NCBI GenBank assembly: GCA_045605805.1
Contig: JAZUQR010000010.1
Location: forward strand, 77,372 to 141,371
Length of the DNA stretch: 64,000 nucleotides
Direction: 5' to 3'
From: Alphaproteobacteria bacterium
GTDB lineage: Bacteria > Pseudomonadota > Alphaproteobacteria > CAAHEQ01 > UBA3637
A program made the position numbers and the translations under genes. The notes under the pieces were generated by a model. That model saw only the letters and a program-made list of their open reading frames with translations. It had not been told where the DNA came from and did no database searches. Positions 9,308-19,453 of this stretch are shown one piece after another. The first letter of the stretch is position 1. Every line of letters begins with the position of its first letter.

Positions 9308-10573
9308 ATGGCAAAAACAATTGAAATTTCCCGTTTATCAAACGGCATTCAAGTTATCACAGACACACAACCTTCGTTAGATTCCGTCACATTGGGGGCA
9401 TGGGTTGGTGTTGGGTCACGCTTTGAAAAAAAAGAAGAAAGCGGTATTTCCCATTTTTTGGAGCATATGGCTTTTAAGGGAACAACCAACCGTTCCACTT
9501 TGCAAATTGCCAAAGAGATTGAACAAGTTGGCGGTTTTATCAATGCCTATACTGGCCAAGATGTGACAGCCTATCATGCTCGGATGCTAAAAAAAGACAT
9601 GGATATTGGGTTGGATATTATTGCCGATATTACCCAACACGCCACGATGAACGAAAAGGAATTAAACACAGAAAAAGGTGTGATTATTCAAGAAATCAAT
9701 ATGTATAAAGATCAACCGCATGCTGTGGCAGAAGAAAACTTTGATGCAGTGGCTTATCCGAATCAACCATTGGGGCGTTCTGTGGCCGGCAATGCCAAAG
9801 TGATTTTGGCTATGACACCCGAAAAAATGTTGACTTATATGAAAACGCATTACACGCCCAACCGGATTGTGGTCAGTGCTGTGGGGGCCATCAAGCATGA
9901 TGCGTTTGTGAAAAAGTGCGAAAAATTGTTTTGTGATTTTGAACAAAAACCGGCCGTAGTGGCCGAACCTGCCCATTACAAAGGCGGTTTCAAATATGTG
10001 AAAAAAGCCAACGAGCAAGTGAACCTTATTTTGGGCTTTGAAGGAGAATCGTATTTTTCAGAAGATATTTGGAAATCAAAATTGTTGTCCATGATTTTGG
10101 GGGGCGGTATGACAAGTCGCTTGTTCCAAGAAATTCGTGAAAAGCGTGGGTTGGTCTACACCGTTCATGCTTATTCTTCGGCCGAAACGGACACCGGTAT
10201 TTTTGGCATTTATGCCGGCACAGGCAAAAAAGAATTGGGTGTTTTGATGCCTGTGTTGTTGAATGAGCTTAAAAAAGTTTCGTGCAAGGTGACGGATGAA
10301 GAAGTGGCACAAGCCCAAACTCGTTTGGAAGCGGCTTTGTTGATGCGCAATGAAGAATTGTCTGACCATGCTGATTTGCATGCCATTGAGCTGTTGCGTT
10401 ATGGCAAGGTGCGTTCCAAAGCCTCGCTTGTGAAAGCCATTCGTTCTGTGACAGCCAAAGACATACAAACCTATGCGGCCAAGATTTTTGCCACAACGCC
10501 CACTGTTTCATGTTTGGGGCCGGTTCAAAATATGATGTCGTATGACGATATTGTGAAAACTTTGAAAGCGTGA
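9308..10573 (+). CDS. M16 family zinc metallopeptidase (MPP-like)
   Basis: Inverted zinc motif HFLEH, plus NAYT and GGGMTSRLFQEIRE. Confidence 0.93.
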   Translation: MAKTIEISRLSNGIQVITDTQPSLDSVTLGAWVGVGSRFEKKEESGISHFLEHMAFKGTTNRSTLQIAKEIEQVGGFINAYTGQDVTAYHARMLKKDMDIGLDIIADITQHATMNEKELNTEKGVIIQEINMYKDQPHAVAEENFDAVAYPNQPLGRSVAGNAKVILAMTPEKMLTYMKTHYTPNRIVVSAVGAIKHDAFVKKCEKLFCDFEQKPAVVAEPAHYKGGFKYVKKANEQVNLILGFEGESYFSEDIWKSKLLSMILGGGMTSRLFQEIREKRGLVYTVHAYSSAETDTGIFGIYAGTGKKELGVLMPVLLNELKKVSCKVTDEEVAQAQTRLEAALLMRNEELSDHADLHAIELLRYGKVRSKASLVKAIRSVTAKDIQTYAAKIFATTPTVSCLGPVQNMMSYDDIVKTLKA

Positions 10574-10574
10574 T

Positions 10575-11195
10575 ATGCCCGATTTTTCCTTTGAACAGCA
10601 ATATGCCGCGGGCGGATTTGTGTTTGGTTTTGATGAAGCGGGGCGTGGCCCTTGGTGTGGCCCAGTGGTGGCCGCCTGCGTCTGTTGGCCTCAGTTGAAG
10701 ATAGATGCCAAATTGGCAAGGCAAATCAATGATTCCAAAAAGTTGACTGCCAAAAAGCGAGAGGTTTTGTTTGATTTGATTATGGCTTCGCCTGCCCTTG
10801 TGGGGGTTGGACAAGCCAGCGCCCAAGAAATTGACCGTTTGAACATTTTACAGGCCACTTTTTTAGCCATGCAACGAGCGTTGGAGCAAGTGCAACAGCA
10901 AGGTCACAAGGTGGATTTTGTGTTGATTGACGGCAACCGTTTGCCCAAATGGGATATGCCTTGCAAGGCTTTGATTAAAGGGGATTCGTTAAGCCTTTCC
11001 ATTGCTTCGGCCAGCATTATTGCCAAAGTGACCCGAGACAGATTGATGTGTGCTTTGGCCAAAGAATGGCCCGCCTATGGGTGGGATAAAAATGCCGGCT
11101 ATGGCACAAAGGAACATCTTTTGGCTCTTGAACAATATGGCGTCACCCCTCATCACAGAAAATCCTATCGCCCTGTTCAAAAGTTATTGGGTTGA
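10575..11195 (+). CDS. rnhB: Ribonuclease HII
   Basis: DEAGRGP, DSKKL, DGN, KGD, ASIIAKVTRD and GYGT motifs. Confidence 0.96.
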   Translation: MPDFSFEQQYAAGGFVFGFDEAGRGPWCGPVVAACVCWPQLKIDAKLARQINDSKKLTAKKREVLFDLIMASPALVGVGQASAQEIDRLNILQATFLAMQRALEQVQQQGHKVDFVLIDGNRLPKWDMPCKALIKGDSLSLSIASASIIAKVTRDRLMCALAKEWPAYGWDKNAGYGTKEHLLALEQYGVTPHHRKSYRPVQKLLG

Positions 11196-14100
11196 TTAAG
11201 GGTCTCTGTTTTCACCGGAGTAGTCACCTGTTTTAACTGTGTTATTTGCGTCACAGTTTGTTGTGTGCTCTAGACTGTTACTGTTTCCACACAGCTTTCC
11301 AGGAGTTGTACAACCGTATTCTCTCCATTTTCTGTCGTGACTTTTCGGCGGGCATATGCTGGTTGGAGCAACCTCCCCCTTCTCAATACATGTTCCATCA
11401 CCTTGTGCCATATCTGTGCACCCACACTGCGTTCTTACAGCACAATTCGCACAGCTTCCATTGTGGCAGTGTTTACCAGGGCCACAATGGTCATGCAAGG
11501 TGCATTGCACACATTGTTGCTTGTTGGTGTCCCACTTTGACGTGTTCGTTGGACAGGCTATACACTCACCATTCTTCCATATTGGCGTGTTCGTTGGGCA
11601 GGGCTCACATGTTTTGTTTGTGGCGTTCCAAACTGGGTTTGTTGGATCTGCTGCGGCACAGGTCGCGCAGGCAGAACCATCCCAAGCTGGTTTGTTTTGA
11701 TATACTGAAACACAAGGCACGCATGTTTTACTTGTGGCGTTCCAAACTGGTCTTGTTGAATCTGCTACGGCACATGACACACATTCTTTCTTTGTGTCGT
11801 TCCAAACTGGTGTGTTCTCATTTGCTGCGGCACAGGTCACGCATGTTTTTCTTGTGGCGTCCCAAACTGGTGTGTCTGAATTGTTATCGGCACAGGTCAC
11901 ACAGGCGTTTCCGTCCCAAAACGGTTCCTCTGATGGGCATTCTGAACAAGAGTTGTTTTCACATTTTGGTGCGGCGCCAGGGCAATGGCTGTGTTCTGTA
12001 CATTGTACACATGTGTTATTATTTGTGTTGTCAGCGTCCACTTTACAAACTCTTTTGTCAATGACCTCCCCACTTGACCTTTTGTTTTGCCGTGGGTTAT
12101 AGCTTGAATGATCTACGGTGCTACCACACCCCAAATCTGTCCAATTGGAGGAAATGGAATCATAACATTTCACACATTTTTCATTATATAGATCCCAAAC
12201 TGGGGTCTCCGCTGGGCAGGCCTCACATGTAGTTCCGTTCCAAACAGGCGTTTTTTCGTTATATCTGAAACACGAAACACAACGATTGCGCCACGCATCC
12301 CAGACGGGCGTTTTGCTATCCTTTGATGGATCTTCGGGATCCTTTGTTTTATCACATTGACAGGTTTTGTCGCCTTCATTTGGTACCATTGTGGTGTTGC
12401 ACCCAGCCACACACAAACCATTTTCCAAATCACACCATTCGCCCGGGCAATCTCCTCCTTTTGTACACGCCACACATTTATTCCCCGCACATAATCCTTT
12501 TTTACAATCCTCATTTTCCAAACATTCCACACAGGCGGTTCCGTTCCAAAATGGTGTGGCTGAATTGTTGGCGGCACAGGTCACGCACTCAAAACCATTC
12601 CAAGCTGGGGTGTTCTCTGGGCAGGCCTCACAGGTAGTTCCATTCCAGTGTTCGCCCTCTGGGCAGGCCTCACAGGTAGTTCCATTCCAAACTGGTGTGT
12701 CTGAATTGTTGACGGCACAGGTCACGCACTCAGAACCATTCCACTTTGGCGTGGCCTCTGGGCAGACCTCACAGGTAGTTCCATTCCAAACTGGTGTGAC
12801 CTCATCTACGTCGGCACAGGTCACGCAGGAAAAACTATTCCATATTGGCCTGTTCGTTGGGCAGGCCTCACATTCTTCTGATGTGGTTGCGCCGGTGCCA
12901 GCGGTGGTTTGATTATCACCACAGAATATACAACCTTCATTACCTGCCGAGATTTTATATGTACCCTTGTCACATGGGGTGCAAGTGCCGTCGTCTTTTA
13001 ATGTATAGCCGGCCTTACACTGGCATTGATCGCCGCTCCATTCACTATTTGTTGGGCAGGCCTCACATGCTTCACTTGTGCTATTCCACTTTGGCGTGTC
13101 CTCTGGGCAGGCCTCACATTCTGTGCCACTCCAAACTGGTTTTTTTTGATCTGCTACGGCACAGGTCACGCATTGTCCCTTTTCTTCTATGACCTTCCAA
13201 ACTGGTGTGTTCTCATTTGCTGCGGCGCAGGTCACGCATGTGTGATAAACTTTATCGCATACTGGTGTATCCTCAGAGCAAGACCATTCGCTTTCGGCAC
13301 CAAAATCTCCATAACATTCCTGACAGGCCGTTCCATGTTTATTTTCATCTTCGCAGCCGCAGGTGTAGTCGGTCTTACAGATTTGATTGCCTTCGCAATT
13401 ATCCTTTTCTGTACATTGCACGCAGGCCTCTCCGTTCCAATATGGCGTGGCCTCATCTACGTCGGCACAGGTCACGCAGTCGTTTCCGTCCCAAAACGTA
13501 TCAGCTTGGCAGGCCTCACATTCTGTGTCATTCCACTTTGGCTTGTCCTCTGGGCAGGCCTCACAGGTAGTTCCATTCCAGTGTTCGCCCTCTGGGCAGA
13601 CGCAGGTGTTGCTTTCACATACTTTCCCCCCTGAACAATCAGCAGTTTGCACACACTCCTCACATTGATTTGTTGTATCATTCCAGTGTTCGTTCTCTGG
13701 GCAGGTACAGCTACATACATTGTCATTCCATGACCGTCCTCCCTCCCCACATGACGCTTGTTTTTGATAACATGTGCCGTCATACCAGCAACCGTTTTGG
13801 GTGGTACAAGCCGTTTTCTCTGTACAGGGAGATGTTGTGCTTCCCGGTACACAGGGGCAGGTGTCCTTTGGCATACACACACCAGCCTCACACCACTCCA
13901 TCCCCTGTGTCTTTGTACATTTGTCTGCATCGCAGTGTAGCTTTCTTAGGTCTGTATCAGCTATTGCACAACCACACAGAGTGTAGTTTTGGGTACTAGT
14001 CTCCATTGCCGTTAAAACTTTACCCTCGTCATCACAACAGACATTCTCATATCCTTTTGAACCATCTGGGCAACCACAGGCATCTGAATCATCACATATT

Positions 14101-14552
14101 TCAATTCCGCCTAACACTGTATAACAGTTCTGTCCATTTTTACAACAAAGATTTTCTTTTGACACGTTGTCCCATGGTAATCTATATCCCTCTGGGCAAC
14201 CACAGGTTGGCATAAAATAAGAACTATAATCCTTTCCGTCATATATTTTCTTATCCTTACAGCAGACATACTGATTACCATGTGGCGTTAGGGTTCCGCC
14301 GTCCGGACAGGTGCATTCTGCTTCCTGAACTGTACCATCCGCATTAACTGTACATTGATTCTCTTCGGCTGTGGTCAAGCCGCCTTGTTGGACAAAGACT
14401 TCGTCTATGGTGGGGGTGGAAACAGAACTTGTGGCCAAATCAACCACCTGCATGTTTTCATTCAATCGGATTTGGATTGAACCAACATCTGCCCATATTT
14501 TATGGGAACACAAAAACGAAAGACAAAAAAGCAACAAATATTTCTTTTTCAT
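11196..14552 (-). CDS. Large secreted cysteine-rich repeat protein (CxxC/furin-like and GCC2/GCC3-like modules)
   Basis: ORF of about 1118 aa with a Sec signal (MKKKYLLLFCLSFLCSHKIWA) and many CVTC/CEAC..PxWN(G/D/A)T repeats. Confidence 0.85.
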   Translation of the reverse strand: MKKKYLLLFCLSFLCSHKIWADVGSIQIRLNENMQVVDLATSSVSTPTIDEVFVQQGGLTTAEENQCTVNADGTVQEAECTCPDGGTLTPHGNQYVCCKDKKIYDGKDYSSYFMPTCGCPEGYRLPWDNVSKENLCCKNGQNCYTVLGGIEICDDSDACGCPDGSKGYENVCCDDEGKVLTAMETSTQNYTLCGCAIADTDLRKLHCDADKCTKTQGMEWCEAGVCMPKDTCPCVPGSTTSPCTEKTACTTQNGCWYDGTCYQKQASCGEGGRSWNDNVCSCTCPENEHWNDTTNQCEECVQTADCSGGKVCESNTCVCPEGEHWNGTTCEACPEDKPKWNDTECEACQADTFWDGNDCVTCADVDEATPYWNGEACVQCTEKDNCEGNQICKTDYTCGCEDENKHGTACQECYGDFGAESEWSCSEDTPVCDKVYHTCVTCAAANENTPVWKVIEEKGQCVTCAVADQKKPVWSGTECEACPEDTPKWNSTSEACEACPTNSEWSGDQCQCKAGYTLKDDGTCTPCDKGTYKISAGNEGCIFCGDNQTTAGTGATTSEECEACPTNRPIWNSFSCVTCADVDEVTPVWNGTTCEVCPEATPKWNGSECVTCAVNNSDTPVWNGTTCEACPEGEHWNGTTCEACPENTPAWNGFECVTCAANNSATPFWNGTACVECLENEDCKKGLCAGNKCVACTKGGDCPGEWCDLENGLCVAGCNTTMVPNEGDKTCQCDKTKDPEDPSKDSKTPVWDAWRNRCVSCFRYNEKTPVWNGTTCEACPAETPVWDLYNEKCVKCYDSISSNWTDLGCGSTVDHSSYNPRQNKRSSGEVIDKRVCKVDADNTNNNTCVQCTEHSHCPGAAPKCENNSCSECPSEEPFWDGNACVTCADNNSDTPVWDATRKTCVTCAAANENTPVWNDTKKECVSCAVADSTRPVWNATSKTCVPCVSVYQNKPAWDGSACATCAAADPTNPVWNATNKTCEPCPTNTPIWKNGECIACPTNTSKWDTNKQQCVQCTLHDHCGPGKHCHNGSCANCAVRTQCGCTDMAQGDGTCIEKGEVAPTSICPPKSHDRKWREYGCTTPGKLCGNSNSLEHTTNCDANNTVKTGDYSGENRDP
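11800..13599. repeat. Dispersed near-identical DNA modules inside the Cys-rich gene
   Basis: 52 bp identical at 12615-12666 and 13548-13599; 47 bp with one mismatch at 11800-11846 and 13195-13241; 29 bp identical at 12800-12828 and 13451-13479. Confidence 0.9.
12992..13109. repeat. 118-bp block shared with the pilin-like Cys-rich gene at 61489-61606
   Basis: Manual alignment gives 113/118 identity, same orientation. Confidence 0.92.
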
Positions 14553-14610
14553 TTCCAAATCCTTTGAATCTATTTTACCGCACTTCTTTGATAAAAATCA
14601 ACAAAAAAGT

Positions 14611-15738
14611 TTATCCCCCACACAAAGCCAACAAAATGCCGGCTGCTATGGCAGAACCGATGCTGCCCGCCACATTTGCCCCCATGGCGTGCATCAGCAG
14701 GTGATTATTCGGGTTGGATTCTTGCCCCAACTTTTCGCTGACTCGGGCAGCCATTGGGATAGCACTGACACCTGCCGATCCGATCAACGGGTTGATTTTA
14801 TTCTTGGAAAACAGATTCAAAAATCTGGCCATTAAAACACCACTTGCCGAACCAAGGCTGAATGCCACAACACCCAAGCCCAACACCACCAATGTTTCTT
14901 TTTTCAAAAACAGGTCGGCCGACAGTTTTGACCCAACGGAAATCCCAAGCAAAATTGTGACGATATTCATCATTTCGTTGCTTGCCCCTTTGGCCAATCT
15001 GTCTGCCACGCCCGATTCTTTTAGCAAGTTCCCAAACATCAACATTCCAATCAACGGAATGGCCATTGGGATAAACAAGGCTGTTAGGACAATCACCATA
15101 ATCGGAAAAATGATTTTTTCCTTTTGGCTGACTTCTCGCATTTGTTGCATCACGATTGTGCGTTGATTTTTGGGTGTGCACAAACGCATAATCGGTGGTT
15201 GAATCACAGGTACAAGTGCCATATATGAATAGGCCGCCACAGCGATTGCTCCCAACATTTCGGGGGCCAATTTACCCGCCAAAAAGATTGAGGTTGGGCC
15301 GTCTGCCCCACCGATGATGGCAATGCTGGCCGCCTGTTTCAAGGTTAAAGCAATTTCGGGAAACAGAGAACTTAAACTCAATGCCCCCAAAAATGTGCCA
15401 AAAATAGCAAACTGCGCTGCGCCCCCTAACAAAGCTGTTTTCGGGTTTGCCAGCATGGGGCCAAAGTCTATCATTGCGCCAACGCCCATAAATATCAACA
15501 GCGGGAAAATGCCTGTTTCTATGCCGGCATGATACATATAATACAACAAACCACCTTCTTCGGTCATCCCTGCCCCTGGGCAATTGGACAACAATCCCCC
15601 AACAGCAATTGGTATCAACAAAAGCGGTTCAAATTGTTTTTTTATCCCCAGATACAACAGCACAAAGCATATCAACATCATAATGCCTTGCCCCAGTGTC
15701 ATGTGCACCAAACCCAAACTGTTTATGATTGCTTCCAT
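14611..15738 (-). CDS. oadB: Na+-translocating decarboxylase beta subunit
   Basis: [37 protein letters not shown] and HAMGANVAG motifs. Start set at ATG 15738. Confidence 0.93.
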   Translation of the reverse strand: MEAIINSLGLVHMTLGQGIMMLICFVLLYLGIKKQFEPLLLIPIAVGGLLSNCPGAGMTEEGGLLYYMYHAGIETGIFPLLIFMGVGAMIDFGPMLANPKTALLGGAAQFAIFGTFLGALSLSSLFPEIALTLKQAASIAIIGGADGPTSIFLAGKLAPEMLGAIAVAAYSYMALVPVIQPPIMRLCTPKNQRTIVMQQMREVSQKEKIIFPIMVIVLTALFIPMAIPLIGMLMFGNLLKESGVADRLAKGASNEMMNIVTILLGISVGSKLSADLFLKKETLVVLGLGVVAFSLGSASGVLMARFLNLFSKNKINPLIGSAGVSAIPMAARVSEKLGQESNPNNHLLMHAMGANVAGSIGSAIAAGILLALCGG

Positions 15739-15739
15739 C

Positions 15740-17521
15740 TTACACCTCCACGACTTTATCGCCCGTTTTGATGTTATCGCCTTTTTTAACAAACAGGTGT
15801 TTTACTGTACCATCTGTGGCGGCTTTGATAGGCGTTTCCATTTTCATCACTTCCACAACCACCAAAGTATCACCCGCTTTTACCGCTTGACCTTCGCTTA
15901 CCAACACTTGCGTCACCATCCCAGGCATGGGGGCCGTTATGATGCCACCCACCCCTGATGCTTGGGCGGGTTGTTCGGCCGTTGGTGTGGCAACTTTTTC
16001 TTCACCAATGGTATATTCTTTACCATTCACAATGGCCTTATTCCCATCCAATTTCACTTCAAACTTTTCACCATTGATGATGATGTTGTCCGTATTTGTT
16101 TTTGGGGTTTGCTTTTCTTCGTTCAAGCGCACAGATACTTTGCCTTTGCCCAACAGGAAATCAATTCCCTTTTGCCCGCAGGCGGCCGCAATAAAGATAT
16201 TTTCATCCGTTGTCGGCAAGTTCGCTTCTTTTAACTCTGCCACATAATGTGCTTTGGCCTTTTGTGGGTTTTTATCGTTTAAGGCCAACACTGTTTGTGT
16301 TGTGGGTTTTAATCCCAATTGTTCCGAAGCCAGCTTCACAATGCGTGCATCCGGTGAAACAGGCGTTTTTCCAAAATAACCCAGTACCATTTTGCCATAG
16401 CCTTCTGCCATTTTTTTCCATTTGCCATACAGCACATTATTAAATGCCTGTTGGAAATAGAATTGGCTGACCGGCGTCACAGAAGTGCCAAAGCCCCCCT
16501 TTTGGACAACCTCCTCCATCGCATTGATGATATCGTTATATTTATCCATAATCCCATTATCACGCAACATTTGTGTGTTGGCTGTTAAAGCCCCACCCGG
16601 CATGGGTGAAAAGGGAATGCGTGGATCGGCATGTAAGGCTTCCGGCGGCAGATAGTATTTACTTAAAGCCTCTTTCAAATGTTCTTCCACCTGCATCACT
16701 TTATCTATATCACAATTCAGTTCGTACGGTTTGCCACGCAAGGCGTGCCACATGGTGGCGACATCCGGTTGGCACGTGCCACCCGATACAGGTGCCAATG
16801 ATAAGTCAACTGTATCAGCCCCTGCTTCAATGGCAGCCAGATAACAGGCCAAACCTGTGCCAGCTGTTTCGTGTGAGTGATATGTGATTGGGCATTTTGG
16901 CCCCAAAATCTTGCGAGCTGCTTTGATTGTTTCATAAACAGTTTGCGGTGTGCCTGTACCACTTGCATCCTTAAACGCCACCGAATCAAACGGTATTTTT
17001 GCTTTGATAAAGGCTTTCAGGCGATTGGCATAAAATTCGGCCGTATGCGCCCCAGATAACGCCGGTGGCAGACTCATCATTGCAACAGCCAGTTGATGTT
17101 TTAAGCCAGCTTTTTTAATACATTCGGCACTGTATTTCAAATTATTTGGATCATTTAATGCATCAAAATTACGAATTGTTGTCATCCCATGTTTTTTGAA
17201 CAGTTCGGCATGCATTTTAATCAGTTCGGAACTCATAGAATCCAACGCCACCACATTGACACCCCGTGCCAATGTTTGAAGGTTGGCTTTTGGGCCGGCC
17301 GCTTTTCTGAAATTATCCATGATATCAAAAGCATTTTCGTTCAAATAGAAAAAAGCCGATTGAAAGGCTGCCCCACCCCCTGCTTCCAAATAAGTCAAAC
17401 CGGCCTTAGCGGCTTCCGATACCACAGGCAGATAGTCTTTACTTTGCACACGCATCCCAAACACAGATTGAAAACCGTCCCGAAAAGCCGTACACATAAC
17501 ATTTATTTTTTTTGGTTTCAT
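15740..17521 (-). CDS. oadA: Oxaloacetate decarboxylase alpha subunit (carboxyltransferase + biotin carrier)
   Basis: RDGFQS, FKDASG, HSH, PGG motifs and a C-terminal biotin site EVMKM; lies between oadG-like and oadB genes. Confidence 0.85.
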   Translation of the reverse strand: MKPKKINVMCTAFRDGFQSVFGMRVQSKDYLPVVSEAAKAGLTYLEAGGGAAFQSAFFYLNENAFDIMDNFRKAAGPKANLQTLARGVNVVALDSMSSELIKMHAELFKKHGMTTIRNFDALNDPNNLKYSAECIKKAGLKHQLAVAMMSLPPALSGAHTAEFYANRLKAFIKAKIPFDSVAFKDASGTGTPQTVYETIKAARKILGPKCPITYHSHETAGTGLACYLAAIEAGADTVDLSLAPVSGGTCQPDVATMWHALRGKPYELNCDIDKVMQVEEHLKEALSKYYLPPEALHADPRIPFSPMPGGALTANTQMLRDNGIMDKYNDIINAMEEVVQKGGFGTSVTPVSQFYFQQAFNNVLYGKWKKMAEGYGKMVLGYFGKTPVSPDARIVKLASEQLGLKPTTQTVLALNDKNPQKAKAHYVAELKEANLPTTDENIFIAAACGQKGIDFLLGKGKVSVRLNEEKQTPKTNTDNIIINGEKFEVKLDGNKAIVNGKEYTIGEEKVATPTAEQPAQASGVGGIITAPMPGMVTQVLVSEGQAVKAGDTLVVVEVMKMETPIKAATDGTVKHLFVKKGDNIKTGDKVVEV

Positions 17522-17679
17522 TTTCCTCTCCTTGCCAAAGAAATTGCCAATGCGATTTTATTCAAATCTTCTTTTTCTTGTACACAACAGGTTAACACTT
17601 TCATTGCCCCAATCAACAGCAATAAAAACGCAAAAACACCGCCCATGCCGGTCACCGTAATAAACAAAACTTGTGTCAT
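17518..17679 (-). CDS. oadG: Decarboxylase gamma subunit (53 aa)
   Basis: Not in the ORF track. Translates as MTQVLFITVTGMGGVFAFLLLLIGAMK..IALAIS, with a GGAGG RBS and an ATGA overlap with oadA. Confidence 0.8.
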   Translation of the reverse strand: MTQVLFITVTGMGGVFAFLLLLIGAMKVLTCCVQEKEDLNKIALAISLARRGK

Positions 17680-17749
17680 AAAATCCTCCCTTTTATGCGT
17701 TTATTTTAAGACATCCTTTTCCAAAAGTCAACGCCAAATAGAGACTGAT

Positions 17750-17778
17750 TTGACAATTTTTAAGTTTTATGGTATAAT
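17750..17778 (+). promoter_or_regulatory. Consensus sigma70 promoter
   Basis: TTGACA-17 bp-TATAAT with a TGn extended -10. Confidence 0.75.
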
Positions 17779-17808
17779 TTTATTGTTCCCATTTCACAGG
17801 AGGTTTTT

Positions 17809-19329
17809 ATGAACAAAAAAGAAACTGTTTTTCACATCGAAACAAAAAACGCAATCAATACTTTACAACCACATCCTAAAACCGCATATCTAACAGAGCT
17901 GGCTGAGGAGAAAAAACGTTCCTTCCAACGCAAAGGTTTGTTGGCTATTGCCACTTCTGCTGTTTTAGGTTTGACGGCTTTCTTTTCTTTTGGTAAAAAA
18001 GGAAATGATACGACCCGACCTGATACACCTGCTTCTTCAAAAATACAAAAAACAGAAAAAGCCAAACGACCAGCAACACCATTGTATGAAACATTGGCTG
18101 CTACACAAACAAATGTGTTGGACAATGCTGCGACCGTGTTGCCCCCTGATCCTTTTAACTATTATACAAATCAATTTTCCAAAGTTTTGTCAAAGGATGT
18201 TTCTCTTGATACGATTCAAACATATGCTTCGGCTATGACAAATTTGCCCCCTAATCCTTTTAACTATTATACAAATCAATTTTCCAAAGTTTTGTCAAAG
18301 GATGTTTCTCTTGATACGATTCAAGCATATGCTTCGGCTATGACAAATTTGACAACCAACCCTAAAACACAACGGGTTGCGCTGGTTTCTTCCGAAACAT
18401 TATTGAAAAAAATGGTTGCCTTGTTTGAGACTATGCCCACACATCAATTGACAGATTTGGCTGAGGGTAAATTAGACACCGGATATTTTTCTTATGACAG
18501 AATCACACAAGCTGTGGTTAAGAATCCAGAAAATACACGGGATATCATCCAACGCACTGTTGAAGTGACACAGGCTTATGCTTTACATCGCCAATGCCAA
18601 TCCCACATTGAAGCAAACGAAGGAAACTGTTTATATCTTTATTGGGACAATGCCACAAAGGATGAAAAACCCAATCCTCAACCCACAGTGGGCATTGGGC
18701 TTAACATCAATGCCAACCCTTCTTTAAGAAATCTTCGTTATAAAAACAGCCCAAAAGTTCAACAGATTTTAGGCACAAATGCTCAAGATGAATATATTAC
18801 TTTATCCTCCGCTCAGATGCGCCGGTTAACGCAATATGTTAAAAATAATCTCTTTGACAAAGATGCTTCCATCTATCAGAAAGAATTAGGTTTGAATATT
18901 CATCCTGAGGATGTGGCAAAGCTGGATGCCTTATTCAAGCAAAAACTTGCCCAGTCTATTCAAAATGCCGAAACTTTTTTACAGACAAAAAAACCAAGTG
19001 CTTCCTCTGTTATGTTTGGGACTTATCACACCCCTGTGCCATTAGAGTTTGCCAGTGTTGCTGTTGATTTGGATTTTAATTTAGGAACAACAAAGTTCCA
19101 AGAATATAACAACTTTGCAACTGCCTATGCCAACAGACAGTGGACTGTAGCCAAACAAGAATGTTCCACAAAACAAGAACGCAAGCAACGCGCATTACAT
19201 CAGTCTGATGCCTCAAAAAGCGATTCTAAACGTCTTATGTGGAAGGAAGCGACTTTTGATAAAGGCATACAGGCAGTAACCAAGCAAAATGCTGAAAGAG
19301 TTTATTCAGATAAGAACGCTGTTCGCTGA
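17809..19329 (+). CDS. Membrane-anchored protein with a C-terminal T4-lysozyme-like (GH24) muramidase domain
   Basis: Single TM near aa 43-61; EG-x7-D...TVGIG and DLDFNLG..F....F..A...W..A..E motifs; AGGAGG RBS. Confidence 0.68.
   Translation: MNKKETVFHIETKNAINTLQPHPKTAYLTELAEEKKRSFQRKGLLAIATSAVLGLTAFFSFGKKGNDTTRPDTPASSKIQKTEKAKRPATPLYETLAATQTNVLDNAATVLPPDPFNYYTNQFSKVLSKDVSLDTIQTYASAMTNLPPNPFNYYTNQFSKVLSKDVSLDTIQAYASAMTNLTTNPKTQRVALVSSETLLKKMVALFETMPTHQLTDLAEGKLDTGYFSYDRITQAVVKNPENTRDIIQRTVEVTQAYALHRQCQSHIEANEGNCLYLYWDNATKDEKPNPQPTVGIGLNINANPSLRNLRYKNSPKVQQILGTNAQDEYITLSSAQMRRLTQYVKNNLFDKDASIYQKELGLNIHPEDVAKLDALFKQKLAQSIQNAETFLQTKKPSASSVMFGTYHTPVPLEFASVAVDLDFNLGTTKFQEYNNFATAYANRQWTVAKQECSTKQERKQRALHQSDASKSDSKRLMWKEATFDKGIQAVTKQNAERVYSDKNAVR
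18139..18351 (+). repeat. 105-bp in-frame tandem duplication (35 aa)
   Basis: Copies start at 18139 and 18244; two differences seen (D/N and T/A). Confidence 0.95.
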
Positions 19330-19345
19330 TTCTTTTTGGCTTTTG

Positions 19346-19380
19346 AAAATCCCTCTTTTTTAAGGGGGATTTTTTCTTTT
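19346..19380 (+). terminator. Intrinsic terminator
   Basis: AAAATCCCTCTT..AAGGGGGATTTT hairpin followed by a T-tract. Confidence 0.7.
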
Positions 19381-19453
19381 TTTTATGCTTGCTTTTTCTT
19401 TTTTTTTATTTTATATTTTTTGTATCATTTATCTTAAAGAAGGGGGAAATCTT

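Noticed and set aside
11500-13740. CRISPR array suggested by recurring ~30-bp sequences
   Set aside because: The repeats are in-frame protein modules with irregular spacing and related intervening sequence; no cas genes.
11246-14215. Numerous plus-strand ORFs overlapping the Cys-rich gene (likewise 60962-62115)
   Set aside because: Antisense shadows of a repetitive, stop-poor coding sequence.
11196-14552. Multiheme cytochrome c
   Set aside because: Many CxxC motifs, but I found no CxxCH heme-binding motifs.
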